Assembly: GCA_964609585.1 (NCBI GenBank)
Contig: CAZSRA010000002.1
Location: 46,820-110,819 of the forward strand
DNA: 64,000 nucleotides
Direction: 5' to 3'
From: an uncultured Candidatus Saccharimonadales bacterium
Lineage (GTDB): Bacteria > Patescibacteriota > Saccharimonadia > UBA4664
Under the pieces are notes generated by a model. It had not been told where the DNA came from. It saw only the letters and a program-made list of their open reading frames with translations, and ran no database searches. The translations under genes and the position numbers were made by a program. This document shows, one piece after another, positions 56,015 through 64,000 of the stretch; within the stretch, counting starts at the first letter, position 1; every line of letters begins with the position of its first letter.

Positions 56015-56392
56015 TTACTTTTTAGACTTTTTTGAAAGGATGTCTTTTATTTCGGCTACGAGCTCTTTGGGTGTGAATTTTGATTTGGCTAAATAGTTTT
56101 CGGCTCCAAGTTCCATGGCTTCTTTATAAAGCTCCGGGGATGAAAGGTTGCTAAAAACGACAACTTTGGTTTCGGGATGGTTTTTGGCGTCGAAGGTGCG
56201 CAAGAATTCGAGACCTCCGATGTTGGCCATGAGTAGATCCAGCAGAATGAGATCCGGCTTTAATTCCTTGAGTATATCCAGGGCGTCCTGGCCGTCTGAG
56301 GCCACGGTGACATCGTAACCTTCGCCGGCAAGGGCGGTTTGGAAAATTTTTCGAATATTCGGATAGTCTTCGACAATTAATATTTTAGCCAC
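56015..56392 (-). CDS. Stand-alone response regulator receiver
   Basis: VEDY, LDLLM, FSN, YLAKS. Confidence 0.9.
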   Translation of the reverse strand: MAKILIVEDYPNIRKIFQTALAGEGYDVTVASDGQDALDILKELKPDLILLDLLMANIGGLEFLRTFDAKNHPETKVVVFSNLSSPELYKEAMELGAENYLAKSKFTPKELVAEIKDILSKKSKK

Positions 56393-56397
56393 GCGCG

Positions 56398-58191
56398 CTA
56401 CTCCTTTATGTGCTTGGGTAATATGACGGTGAACGTACTGCCCCGACCGAGCTCAGATGCGACTTGAATGCGACCACGGTGCAAGTCAACAATCTGTTTA
56501 GCTAAGTATAGCCCTAAACCGCTGCCACTGGCGCCGGTTTTTTCGGCATTGGCAGCGCGGGAGAACCGTTTGAAGAGGTTGGGAAGGTCTTTGGCCGCGA
56601 TGCCGATGCCGTCATCTTTGACCTGAATCATAAGTTGATGAGCGGTTTGTTTTAGCTTTAATTCAACTTTACCACCCTCAGGAGAATATTTGCTGGCGTT
56701 GGTGAGGAGGTTGTCGAATACCATTTGGAGCTTGGCTTTGTCGGCGGTAATGGTGAGGCTTTTGGGTGCCTCGATGTGGACGACTTGGCGGCGGCCGCGG
56801 ATGAGCTCGTGTTGTTCGGCCACGGCGCTGCGGAGGAGACTAGCGATGTCCACTGGGGCGTATTCGAGCACGATCTGGCCAGCATCGAGTTTGGCTACAT
56901 CGAGCATGTCGTCAATGATTTTGAGCTCGTGCTCGTTTTCGGCGAAGGCTTGAGTGAGGTTTTCAGTTTGCTCGGCTGTGAGGGTGCCGTTGTAGCCTTC
57001 GAGCAAGAGCGACAACAGACCTTTGACGGCGGTAGCGGGAGTGCGCAACTGGTGCGACGCCAGTGATACGAATTCAGATTTGAGGCGGTCGACTTCTCTT
57101 TCTTTGGTGATATCACGGATGACGTCAATGCCGCCAATGATGTTGCCTTTGAGAATAATAGGCGTGGCGGTGACGGAAACGGGGAACAGCCGGTTGTCAG
57201 CGGAGCGGTAGAAATAGTCGGCACTGGAGACGCTGCGTCCGGTTTGGAGGGCTTTTTGCATGGGGCGATGCGGCCTGGGGATGAGTCGGCCGGTCTGATC
57301 TTCAAGCGCGATGGTCGAATAAAAATGGCGGCCTTTGATATCGTCTAGGCTAGCACCGGTGAGGCGGGCAAATTCGCGGTTGGCAAAGAAAATGCGGCCG
57401 ACTTTGTTCATGGCTACGACCCCTTCTCCGATGCTTGAGAGCAAAGCTTCGTCTTCGGCTTGGCTCTTTTCGGTTTCGGCAAGGCGATCACGGAGGAGTT
57501 TGGTTTGGCTGGCGACGCGGCTTTCGAGTTGCTCAGTTTTTTGAGCCAGTTTGCGTACGAGCATTTGGTGGACGGTGAGATCGCGGATGATGGCAGTACT
57601 GAAGGTTTGGGCGCCGGTCTGCCAGGTGGCAAACGACAACTCGACGGGGAATTTATGGCCGGTCCGATGTTTGGCCGTGGCCTCAATGAGCTTGCCGAGC
57701 TGATTGCTGCCGAGACTTGGTGGCGGCGGGAGGGTACGGAGGTAGTTTGGATCAAGGTCCGGGATGAGAAGGGTTAGCGATTTGCCAGTGGTACCAGCGA
57801 GCGGCCGTCCGAAGATAATTTCGGCAGCGCGGTTCATGTAGGAAATGGCGCCGTGTTTGTCGATGGTGAGGATGGCGTCATTGGCGGTGTCGGCGACGGC
57901 CCTAAATTTGGTCTCACTGCCGTAGAGTTCGTTTGTGCGGGCGGCGACGATGGTTTCGAGGTCAATGTTGAGTTGCTTTAGCTGGCCGAGTTTCTCGCGA
58001 ATTACTTCGAGCATAAGCTGCACACCGACATAGAGCTCGCTAAATTCATCGTGAGGGCCGGTGAGCGGAACGTCGCGCGTGAAGTCCCCTACTGCGGCCT
58101 GAGCCAAAACGGGCATAAGTGCTTCGAGACGTTTTTTTACTTGCGCTTTGTAGGGTGATTTATCTGGAATTGGGGCGACTTGTTTAACCAT
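56398..58191 (-). CDS. Cytoplasmic HAMP-like/PAS/PAS histidine kinase
   Basis: AVGDF...DEFSEL, two PAS-PAC segments (FPVELS, FPVSVT), SHQLRTP; no TM. Confidence 0.9.
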   Translation of the reverse strand: MVKQVAPIPDKSPYKAQVKKRLEALMPVLAQAAVGDFTRDVPLTGPHDEFSELYVGVQLMLEVIREKLGQLKQLNIDLETIVAARTNELYGSETKFRAVADTANDAILTIDKHGAISYMNRAAEIIFGRPLAGTTGKSLTLLIPDLDPNYLRTLPPPPSLGSNQLGKLIEATAKHRTGHKFPVELSFATWQTGAQTFSTAIIRDLTVHQMLVRKLAQKTEQLESRVASQTKLLRDRLAETEKSQAEDEALLSSIGEGVVAMNKVGRIFFANREFARLTGASLDDIKGRHFYSTIALEDQTGRLIPRPHRPMQKALQTGRSVSSADYFYRSADNRLFPVSVTATPIILKGNIIGGIDVIRDITKEREVDRLKSEFVSLASHQLRTPATAVKGLLSLLLEGYNGTLTAEQTENLTQAFAENEHELKIIDDMLDVAKLDAGQIVLEYAPVDIASLLRSAVAEQHELIRGRRQVVHIEAPKSLTITADKAKLQMVFDNLLTNASKYSPEGGKVELKLKQTAHQLMIQVKDDGIGIAAKDLPNLFKRFSRAANAEKTGASGSGLGLYLAKQIVDLHRGRIQVASELGRGSTFTVILPKHIKE

Positions 58192-58564
58192 GCTGTGTCG
58201 TTCCCATTTTTAAGAATGCCATGGCCTCTTTTCGGCTGCCAAAAAATTTAACCTTGGAGGTTTGGCCGGACGCCCTGATCACGAGACTTACTACGTATCT
58301 TAGGATAGGGTCGCTGCTGTAGATTGCGGCTCGGTCATATTTGAGAGTCCGGAGACCTTCGGCAGCGGCCCTGCGAGCCGTGGTGTCCTGTTTGCCCAGT
58401 TTTGTGAGGTCAATGAGCGCAAAGACAGGGCGTTTTTCGTCCTTTAGCTGTTTGGTTAAAACGGCAAGTTTTTCAGTCATGCGAGTAACGGTCTCGCCAG
58501 TTTGGTCACCCACATGTTGATTGTAGATGAAACCGCTTTTGCTTAGATAGACGCGATTGGGCAT
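58184..58564 (-). CDS. STAS/SEC14 (SpoIIAA-like) domain protein
   Basis: LIDLTKLG....ARR, AAIY, KFF.SRKEAMAFL. Confidence 0.75.
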   Translation of the reverse strand: MPNRVYLSKSGFIYNQHVGDQTGETVTRMTEKLAVLTKQLKDEKRPVFALIDLTKLGKQDTTARRAAAEGLRTLKYDRAAIYSSDPILRYVVSLVIRASGQTSKVKFFGSRKEAMAFLKMGTTQHG

Positions 58565-58705
58565 GGATTTTGCGTTTCTTAATCATGGTTATGGTACCAT
58601 TTCTTTGCATAATAAGCATAACTAGTTTGAAAATTAAGTATGGCTATGCTAGGCTTTGGGTTAGAGAAATAAATGGGTACTTAATCTGGTAATGGGCGGG
58701 CGGCT

Positions 58706-59086
58706 ATGACCAAGATCTTGCTCGTTGAAGATTACGAAAGCATTCGTAATGTTTATTTTTTTGCCCTGACCGAAGAAGGATTTTCAGTTGATACCGCTGG
58801 GAGTGGGGCCGAAGCGCTCCGACTGGTGGCGAAATCAGTATATGATTTGATTTGTCTAGATATGGTTATGCTCCAGTATAGTGGGCTTGAGTTTTTAGAG
58901 AAGTTTCGAGCTCAGCAGGCCAACGTTAAAACAAAAGTGATAGTGCTGAGCAATATTGATAGCCCGGCAATCGTTGAACGCGCAAAGGCTTTGGGAGCTG
59001 TGAAATATCTTATTAAGGCACACTATACGCCGAAGCAACTAGCTGCGATGATTCGCGAAATACTCAGCGCTCCCTCGGGTCAGTAA
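58706..59086 (+). CDS. Stand-alone response regulator receiver
   Basis: VEDY, LDMVM, LSN, YLIKA. Confidence 0.9.
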   Translation: MTKILLVEDYESIRNVYFFALTEEGFSVDTAGSGAEALRLVAKSVYDLICLDMVMLQYSGLEFLEKFRAQQANVKTKVIVLSNIDSPAIVERAKALGAVKYLIKAHYTPKQLAAMIREILSAPSGQ

Positions 59087-59092
59087 GCAGTT

Positions 59093-59491
59093 TTAAGCTG
59101 TGGCTGGTTTGCGGGCGTCGGGTTCGAGAGCCGCGCGGACGTCGTCGATTATTTCTCCAAGCCGGTGCTCGGCTTTGATGTAGAACTGGGTAGCACCGAG
59201 CTGTAAATAGGCTCGACGTTTTTCGGGTGAGGCGGTATTGGAGACGATAAAAGCAGGAATGTGCTTAAATTTCGGGGCGTTTTTTATTTGCTCGAGGAAA
59301 TCAAGACCGGTACCCGTGCCCAGTAAATAATGGTCGAGCCAAATGGCATCTACTGGAGTATCTTGAACCTGCTTCAGGGCGTCGGCCGAGGTACTGGCAC
59401 ACACAACAGAAAAATTGCTTTTTTCTAACTTAATTTTGATAGCATTCATAAGCGAAATGTCATCTTCTACGAGGAGAACGGTTTTTTTCAT
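59093..59491 (-). CDS. Stand-alone response regulator receiver
   Basis: VEDD, WLDHYL, VSN, FYIKA. Confidence 0.88.
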   Translation of the reverse strand: MKKTVLLVEDDISLMNAIKIKLEKSNFSVVCASTSADALKQVQDTPVDAIWLDHYLLGTGTGLDFLEQIKNAPKFKHIPAFIVSNTASPEKRRAYLQLGATQFYIKAEHRLGEIIDDVRAALEPDARKPATA

Positions 59492-59739
59492 ACGGTGAGA
59501 CCTTGTTTAGCTACAGCATTCATTTCACGAACGGCATCATCTACCATGGTTTTGTCCTGAGTTAGAATTTCAAGAGCAGTCTTAATGGAGTCGGCCAGCT
59601 TGACGACGTCGGCCCGGGTGATGTCTTCGGGTTTCTTTTCTAGATGGAAATTAATTTGCCGACGGACAAAGCGTTCGGCGGCAGGGCCGAGATATTTTTC
59701 GTTGACCGTGATGAGCTGGTTGTAAAAGCTAGTGGTCAT
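59488..59739 (-). CDS. Small helical hypothetical protein (YLGPAA motif)
   Basis: ATGA-coupled to downstream receiver. Confidence 0.7.
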   Translation of the reverse strand: MTTSFYNQLITVNEKYLGPAAERFVRRQINFHLEKKPEDITRADVVKLADSIKTALEILTQDKTMVDDAVREMNAVAKQGLTV

Positions 59740-59750
59740 TGCGCCCCTGT

Positions 59751-60737
59751 CTACATGGTTTCAATAAGGGTCAATTTCTTTGCGCCTTGGCTCACCAGTA
59801 TATAGCCAAAAAGTTGGATGAATACAAACAGGTAAAGCAGGCCAAGGACGGCGGGAATCCCAACACCAAGGAGTCTTTGGCTGCCGGTGGACTGCAGCCC
59901 CTGCAGGAAAATAGCGCCAGCCTCAATGAGTATCATGCCATACGACAACGAGCTCATGAATTTGCGGTAAATGAAGCCAGTAACCGCACGCTGATACCGG
60001 TACATGCTGCCGATCGCTAAAAAGCCGAGCGCCCAACTCACGATGACCGGCAGGGTGATGGTGGTGGCGATGAGCCAGTCTGGTAAGTAGTAAGTGGCGG
60101 TTATGGTGGCGTTTGCGCCAACCTGACGATTGGGATTGGTAAAGGTCAGGGCAATATAGGCTGCTGCGAGGACAATGAACACAAGCATAGAGAAAGTCCC
60201 CGCCAGACCCATTTGCTTGAGGCCAACCTTGCCATAACCAAGTTCGCGAATAGCTTTCCAAAAGTAGAAAAAACCAGCTAAGGGAGCTAAGGCGTAGAGA
60301 TAGTTGGTGATAATGGCCGTGGTAACAATAAGCTGATGAACGCCAGGATAATGGCTGCGGATTGTTCCGATAAGGGTAGCCAGAATGAGACTCCAGACCA
60401 AGGTCATAATGCCACGCGAGAACAAACGAAAGGGACGAGCCGAAGCCTTGTCTTTGATGGAACGTGCATACTGCTCCAGCCTGATGTAGCCAAAAACGCC
60501 CAAGGTCCAGCTAGCGATCCAGGGTGTCAGAACGGTGATAGTAAGGGCTATTTTTGCGAAGGTGCTTAGATGGTAATCCATACTCGAAGCCGTGGGCGGC
60601 GGGGGGAATAAGATGGTGAAGACGATGTACAGACCGATAGCCAATGCCAAGGAGGCTAGATTGATAGTTTGAAATGTCCGAACGGACTTAGATTTTGGTG
60701 CCTGCTTCATTACATGTTGCCTACGTTGCTTGACCAT
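59751..60737 (-). CDS. Multi-TM hypothetical membrane protein
   Basis: About 8 TMs; inside signalling operon. Confidence 0.75.
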   Translation of the reverse strand: MVKQRRQHVMKQAPKSKSVRTFQTINLASLALAIGLYIVFTILFPPPPTASSMDYHLSTFAKIALTITVLTPWIASWTLGVFGYIRLEQYARSIKDKASARPFRLFSRGIMTLVWSLILATLIGTIRSHYPGVHQLIVTTAIITNYLYALAPLAGFFYFWKAIRELGYGKVGLKQMGLAGTFSMLVFIVLAAAYIALTFTNPNRQVGANATITATYYLPDWLIATTITLPVIVSWALGFLAIGSMYRYQRAVTGFIYRKFMSSLSYGMILIEAGAIFLQGLQSTGSQRLLGVGIPAVLGLLYLFVFIQLFGYILVSQGAKKLTLIETM

Positions 60738-60752
60738 ATTATAGCATAAGCG

Positions 60753-62141
60753 TTATAAGCCTGAACCCTTAGCCGCAGGGTGATAGGCTTCATCAATCGA
60801 CTTTGATCCGGCTTTTTTGGCCATGCCAGCGAGTGGCAGCGAAACATAGAACGTGGTGCCTTGATTTTCTATGGAATCGAACCAGATTTTGCCTCCGGAA
60901 TATTCGACAATAGCTTTTGTGATGTAGAGCCCAAGTCCGGTACCATCGGTTTCTTTATTTAAGACGTTGTCGGCCCGGAAGAGTTTGCTGAAGATTCGCC
61001 CCTTTTGGGCTTCCGGTATACCATAACCGTTATCTTTGACGCTAATTAATAGCGAATTGGATGTTTTTTTCTGGATTGAGAAATCTATATGACCGCCTAT
61101 GGGTGTATATTTTACGGCGTTGGACAAAAGATTGTCGATGACGATCCCAGTAAGTTTAGGGTCGATATTCATGACGGGTATGTCTTTGTCGTAATGCTCC
61201 TCGAGGCCGAGTTTACGCTTGAAAATGCGCGGTTCGAGGTCGGTCACAATCTGATCAGCCAGCTCCAATATATTTGTGGGCTCCGGGTCAACGGTGAAAC
61301 TGCCGACCTCAATGCGCGAAACATTGAGCAAGTCTCCCACCAGCGCTACCATCCGCTGGTTCCCCCGGTAGATTTCGTCGACGTATTTACGCTGTTCCTT
61401 GCTAATTTTACCCGCATCGCCGGCGAGCAGCATTTCGGCGTACCAATTAATAGTGGAAAGCGGGGTGCGGAGTTGATGGGAAGCGAGAGAGACAAATTCA
61501 GTTTTGGCCCGGTCGATTTCTTTCTCTTTGGTGATGTCGCGGAAAACTTCAATGGCGCCGATAGCCCTTCCTTCTACCAGGACCGGTGAAACTGTAATGG
61601 CGGTCGGAAAACGGCTATGGTCGCTGCGCACATAATAGTAGCTACCTGTTGACGAGATGGGCGCGGAGTGCCTGGACTTGCTCAGGAGGACTTTATTGAG
61701 CGGGCGAGCGTCGCCTGAAACTTCTTTGCCAGCCTCGTCCTCAAGTCGAAAGATTTTTGTAGCTTCCCGGCCGAGTATTTCGTCCTTTGGATCCCACAAA
61801 AACTTTTTTAGGGCCACATCGTTGATAAAAATGATTTTTCCATGGCTATCGGTCGCAAAGACGCCATCGCCAATGCTTGAAAGGAGTGCTTCGTCTTTGG
61901 CTTTGGCTTGTTCCAGTGCTCTGGTTCGTTCACGTACGCTGTCTTCAAATTCGAAGAAGAGCAAAACAGCACCGGCGGCCAGGAGCCCAATGATAATGGC
62001 GGCCTTGACCAGCATCGCACCCGGGATACCGGATTTAGTGGCATCGAGGCTAGCAATCCATAACCCAACGGCAACCAGCGACGCAGCAATGAGAGCGGTT
62101 GCCAGCACCACAGAGACATGACGTCGGGTCACATTTATCAC
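60753..62141 (-). CDS. 2-TM PAS histidine kinase
   Basis: LLSSIGDGV, FRDITKEKEID, SHQLRTP, SNAVKY, GTGLGL. Confidence 0.92.
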   Translation of the reverse strand: MINVTRRHVSVVLATALIAASLVAVGLWIASLDATKSGIPGAMLVKAAIIIGLLAAGAVLLFFEFEDSVRERTRALEQAKAKDEALLSSIGDGVFATDSHGKIIFINDVALKKFLWDPKDEILGREATKIFRLEDEAGKEVSGDARPLNKVLLSKSRHSAPISSTGSYYYVRSDHSRFPTAITVSPVLVEGRAIGAIEVFRDITKEKEIDRAKTEFVSLASHQLRTPLSTINWYAEMLLAGDAGKISKEQRKYVDEIYRGNQRMVALVGDLLNVSRIEVGSFTVDPEPTNILELADQIVTDLEPRIFKRKLGLEEHYDKDIPVMNIDPKLTGIVIDNLLSNAVKYTPIGGHIDFSIQKKTSNSLLISVKDNGYGIPEAQKGRIFSKLFRADNVLNKETDGTGLGLYITKAIVEYSGGKIWFDSIENQGTTFYVSLPLAGMAKKAGSKSIDEAYHPAAKGSGL

Positions 62142-62506
62142 TATTTCGTGAGCTCCTCGTGGATACGGTCGACGATTACTTTTAGGGGCGTGTCGGCTTT
62201 CACGATGTAGTCGATGGCACCAAGACTTTTGGCCTTTTGGAGGTCCTCGCCCTGGCTCAGGTTGGTTGTAACAATGACGGGTACTTTGAAGCCGCGTCGC
62301 TTCATTTCTTCAAGCGTTTCGAACCCGGTCATTTCCGGCATTATGAGGTCGAGTAGCATGATATCGAACTTTTGTTTGGCAAGCAGCGCTAGGGCTTCGC
62401 GCCCGTTGCGAGCAACGGCGACATCATAGCCGGAATGTTTGAGCTTAAGCTCTAGCGAGGCAGCTAGAGCTTCTTCATCTTCGACAACGAGAACGGAATG
62501 AGCCAT
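62141..62506 (-). CDS. Stand-alone response regulator receiver
   Basis: VEDE, LDLIMP, TTN, YIVKA. Confidence 0.9.
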   Translation of the reverse strand: MAHSVLVVEDEEALAASLELKLKHSGYDVAVARNGREALALLAKQKFDIMLLDLIMPEMTGFETLEEMKRRGFKVPVIVTTNLSQGEDLQKAKSLGAIDYIVKADTPLKVIVDRIHEELTK

Positions 62507-62639
62507 CTTTGCTTTCCTGTTTATGGTTATGCTTAATTGCTTCGATTATATCCTATCTGGAGCGCTGGTGACGCTACAATAAAGCTTATGCTTGATTATG
62601 ATATTAATAGTATCATTAAGGTATGAATAGTGCATCGAT

Positions 62640-63980
62640 ATGAAGGTGATTTCAAAAAACCCATCACGAGGATACGAGGTTGTTGGCGAAATTGAGGCCT
62701 CAACTCGCGCCGATGTGCAGGCGGCGGTTGAGGCCGCCCGGATAGCTGGGGCGTCTTGGGGCGCTACCGCGATAGCTACGCGGTGTCAGTACATCGCGGC
62801 GTTTCTGCAGGTTGCACAAAGCCGAGCCGAGGATATTGCTAGGCTTATGTCGCTCGAAAGCGGGCTGCCGATACGGGACGCAAGGCAAGACACGGCGGAT
62901 GGTATTCAGTATTTGAAAACAGCAATCGGACAGGCAGTAGAAGTTTTGACCCCGCAAGTAATATCCGAAGGCCATACCCAGTTGCACCGCATATACCGCG
63001 AGGCGCGAGGTGTGGCGGCAGCAATTTGCTCACTACAGCCTTCGTTCTTGACTTTAGCTAGGCAATGCGGCGCAGCTCTACTAGCGGGGAACGTGGTAGT
63101 TTATTTGGATTCTGGGGCGCACCTTCTCTTTTCTGGATTGATGGCCGAACTCGTGGCGACTACCGGTATCCCGACCGGGGTATTTACCGTGATTCATGGT
63201 GACGACGAGGCTGGTAAATGGCTAGCTGAGTGCGAGATGGATATGATTTTGTTTTGTGGTGGTGACTCCCCCGTTTTGCGGATGCTGGCGCTAGCTGCGA
63301 GCCAAAGGTCTATTCCATTTATGGCAGAGCCTAGAGGTTCAGGAGCTACGGTGGTTTTTGAAGATGCTGACATCGTGGGACTGATTGATTATATCTTTGG
63401 ACTCGGGTTTCATCGCAACCGGCAGCCATACATAGCAAGTAGGCGCCTCGTGGTCCACGAGAGCAGGTTCGATGAGCTGGTCCAAAAGCTGCGAATGGTC
63501 GTAGAAGGCAAGCGGGTGGGTGATGCATCGGATGAGACGACCGACCTCGGACCGCTCGCTTCGAAGCGCGAGCTTGAACTGATTGAGGCGCAGGTGCGAG
63601 AGGCTGTACATGGAGGTGCTTCGGTAGTGACCGGTGGGGCACGGCCAGAAGGACTCGATGGTGCTTATTATTTGCCCACTATCTTGACTGGCGTGAGCAC
63701 TGATATGCGGGTGTGGCAAGAAGAGGTAGCCGGAGCGGTACTGCCGGTGGTGTCGTTTGCGAGCGAGGAAGAAGCTGTGGGGCTCGCCCATGATGGTAAC
63801 CGTTGCCTTAGCGTCCAGGTGATGACGGCTGATTTGGACCGATTTCGGCGTATAGCGGGACTGATGCGAGCTCGTGTGGTAGCTCAAAATGCTGTGGGAG
63901 TATCGGAAATTGAACGCCCGAATGACGCCTTTGGGTTTGAAGGTGTGACGAAAGCAAAGTTGGTTTGCGAGGAAAAGTAG
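62640..63980 (+). CDS. Aldehyde dehydrogenase-fold protein with degenerate active site
   Basis: NP, VFEDAD, TDLGPL, PTILT, EEVAG motifs present; catalytic Cys region reads RNRQPYIA. Confidence 0.8.
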   Translation: MKVISKNPSRGYEVVGEIEASTRADVQAAVEAARIAGASWGATAIATRCQYIAAFLQVAQSRAEDIARLMSLESGLPIRDARQDTADGIQYLKTAIGQAVEVLTPQVISEGHTQLHRIYREARGVAAAICSLQPSFLTLARQCGAALLAGNVVVYLDSGAHLLFSGLMAELVATTGIPTGVFTVIHGDDEAGKWLAECEMDMILFCGGDSPVLRMLALAASQRSIPFMAEPRGSGATVVFEDADIVGLIDYIFGLGFHRNRQPYIASRRLVVHESRFDELVQKLRMVVEGKRVGDASDETTDLGPLASKRELELIEAQVREAVHGGASVVTGGARPEGLDGAYYLPTILTGVSTDMRVWQEEVAGAVLPVVSFASEEEAVGLAHDGNRCLSVQVMTADLDRFRRIAGLMRARVVAQNAVGVSEIERPNDAFGFEGVTKAKLVCEEK

Positions 63981-64000
63981 AGGGTCGGCGCGCTACTCCA

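Noticed and set aside
27-63887. Numerous antisense and alternate-frame ORFs overlapping identified genes
   Set aside because: Shadow ORFs of well-supported CDSs with no motifs
1-64000. CRISPR array, rRNA, prophage genes, UGA recoding
   Set aside because: No spaced direct repeats, rRNA or phage hallmark genes noticed; conserved genes end normally at TGA

Overview
Chromosomal segment of a bacterium that I infer to be a Saccharibacteria/Patescibacteria-like organism (code 11; many genes have a -10 box only 4-9 nt before the start codon; cyo + ndh minimal respiratory module; many stand-alone receiver proteins). This taxonomy is inference, not a database result. Ordinary content: surface-glycan genes (GT2/GT4/flippase/GT-C), tRNA-Glu, pyrB/C/D/E/F, adenosine kinase + ahcY, folD, mgtA, cyoABCD-polyprenyl synthase-cyoE-ndh, 5 histidine kinases and 8 output-less receivers. 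Most notable observations: (1) a 34-aa peptide gene ending ...AAYWS, placed between a class II cyclase/class I prenyltransferase fusion enzyme and a membrane histidine kinase (ComQXP-like prenyl-peptide signalling candidate); (2) a ~1 kb promoter-driven unit with a perfect 16-bp terminal inverted repeat that carries four micro-ORFs (7-23 aa), each behind a Shine-Dalgarno sequence; (3) an adjacent ~420-nt densely structured RNA with its own promoter and terminator; (4) about ten dispersed GC-rich cassettes sharing one architecture (sigma70-like promoter, structured leader, SD, hairpin terminator); (5) a PaaK-like/ThiF/nitroreductase cassette coupled to a 7TM kinase. No CRISPR array, rRNA, integrase or transposase seen.
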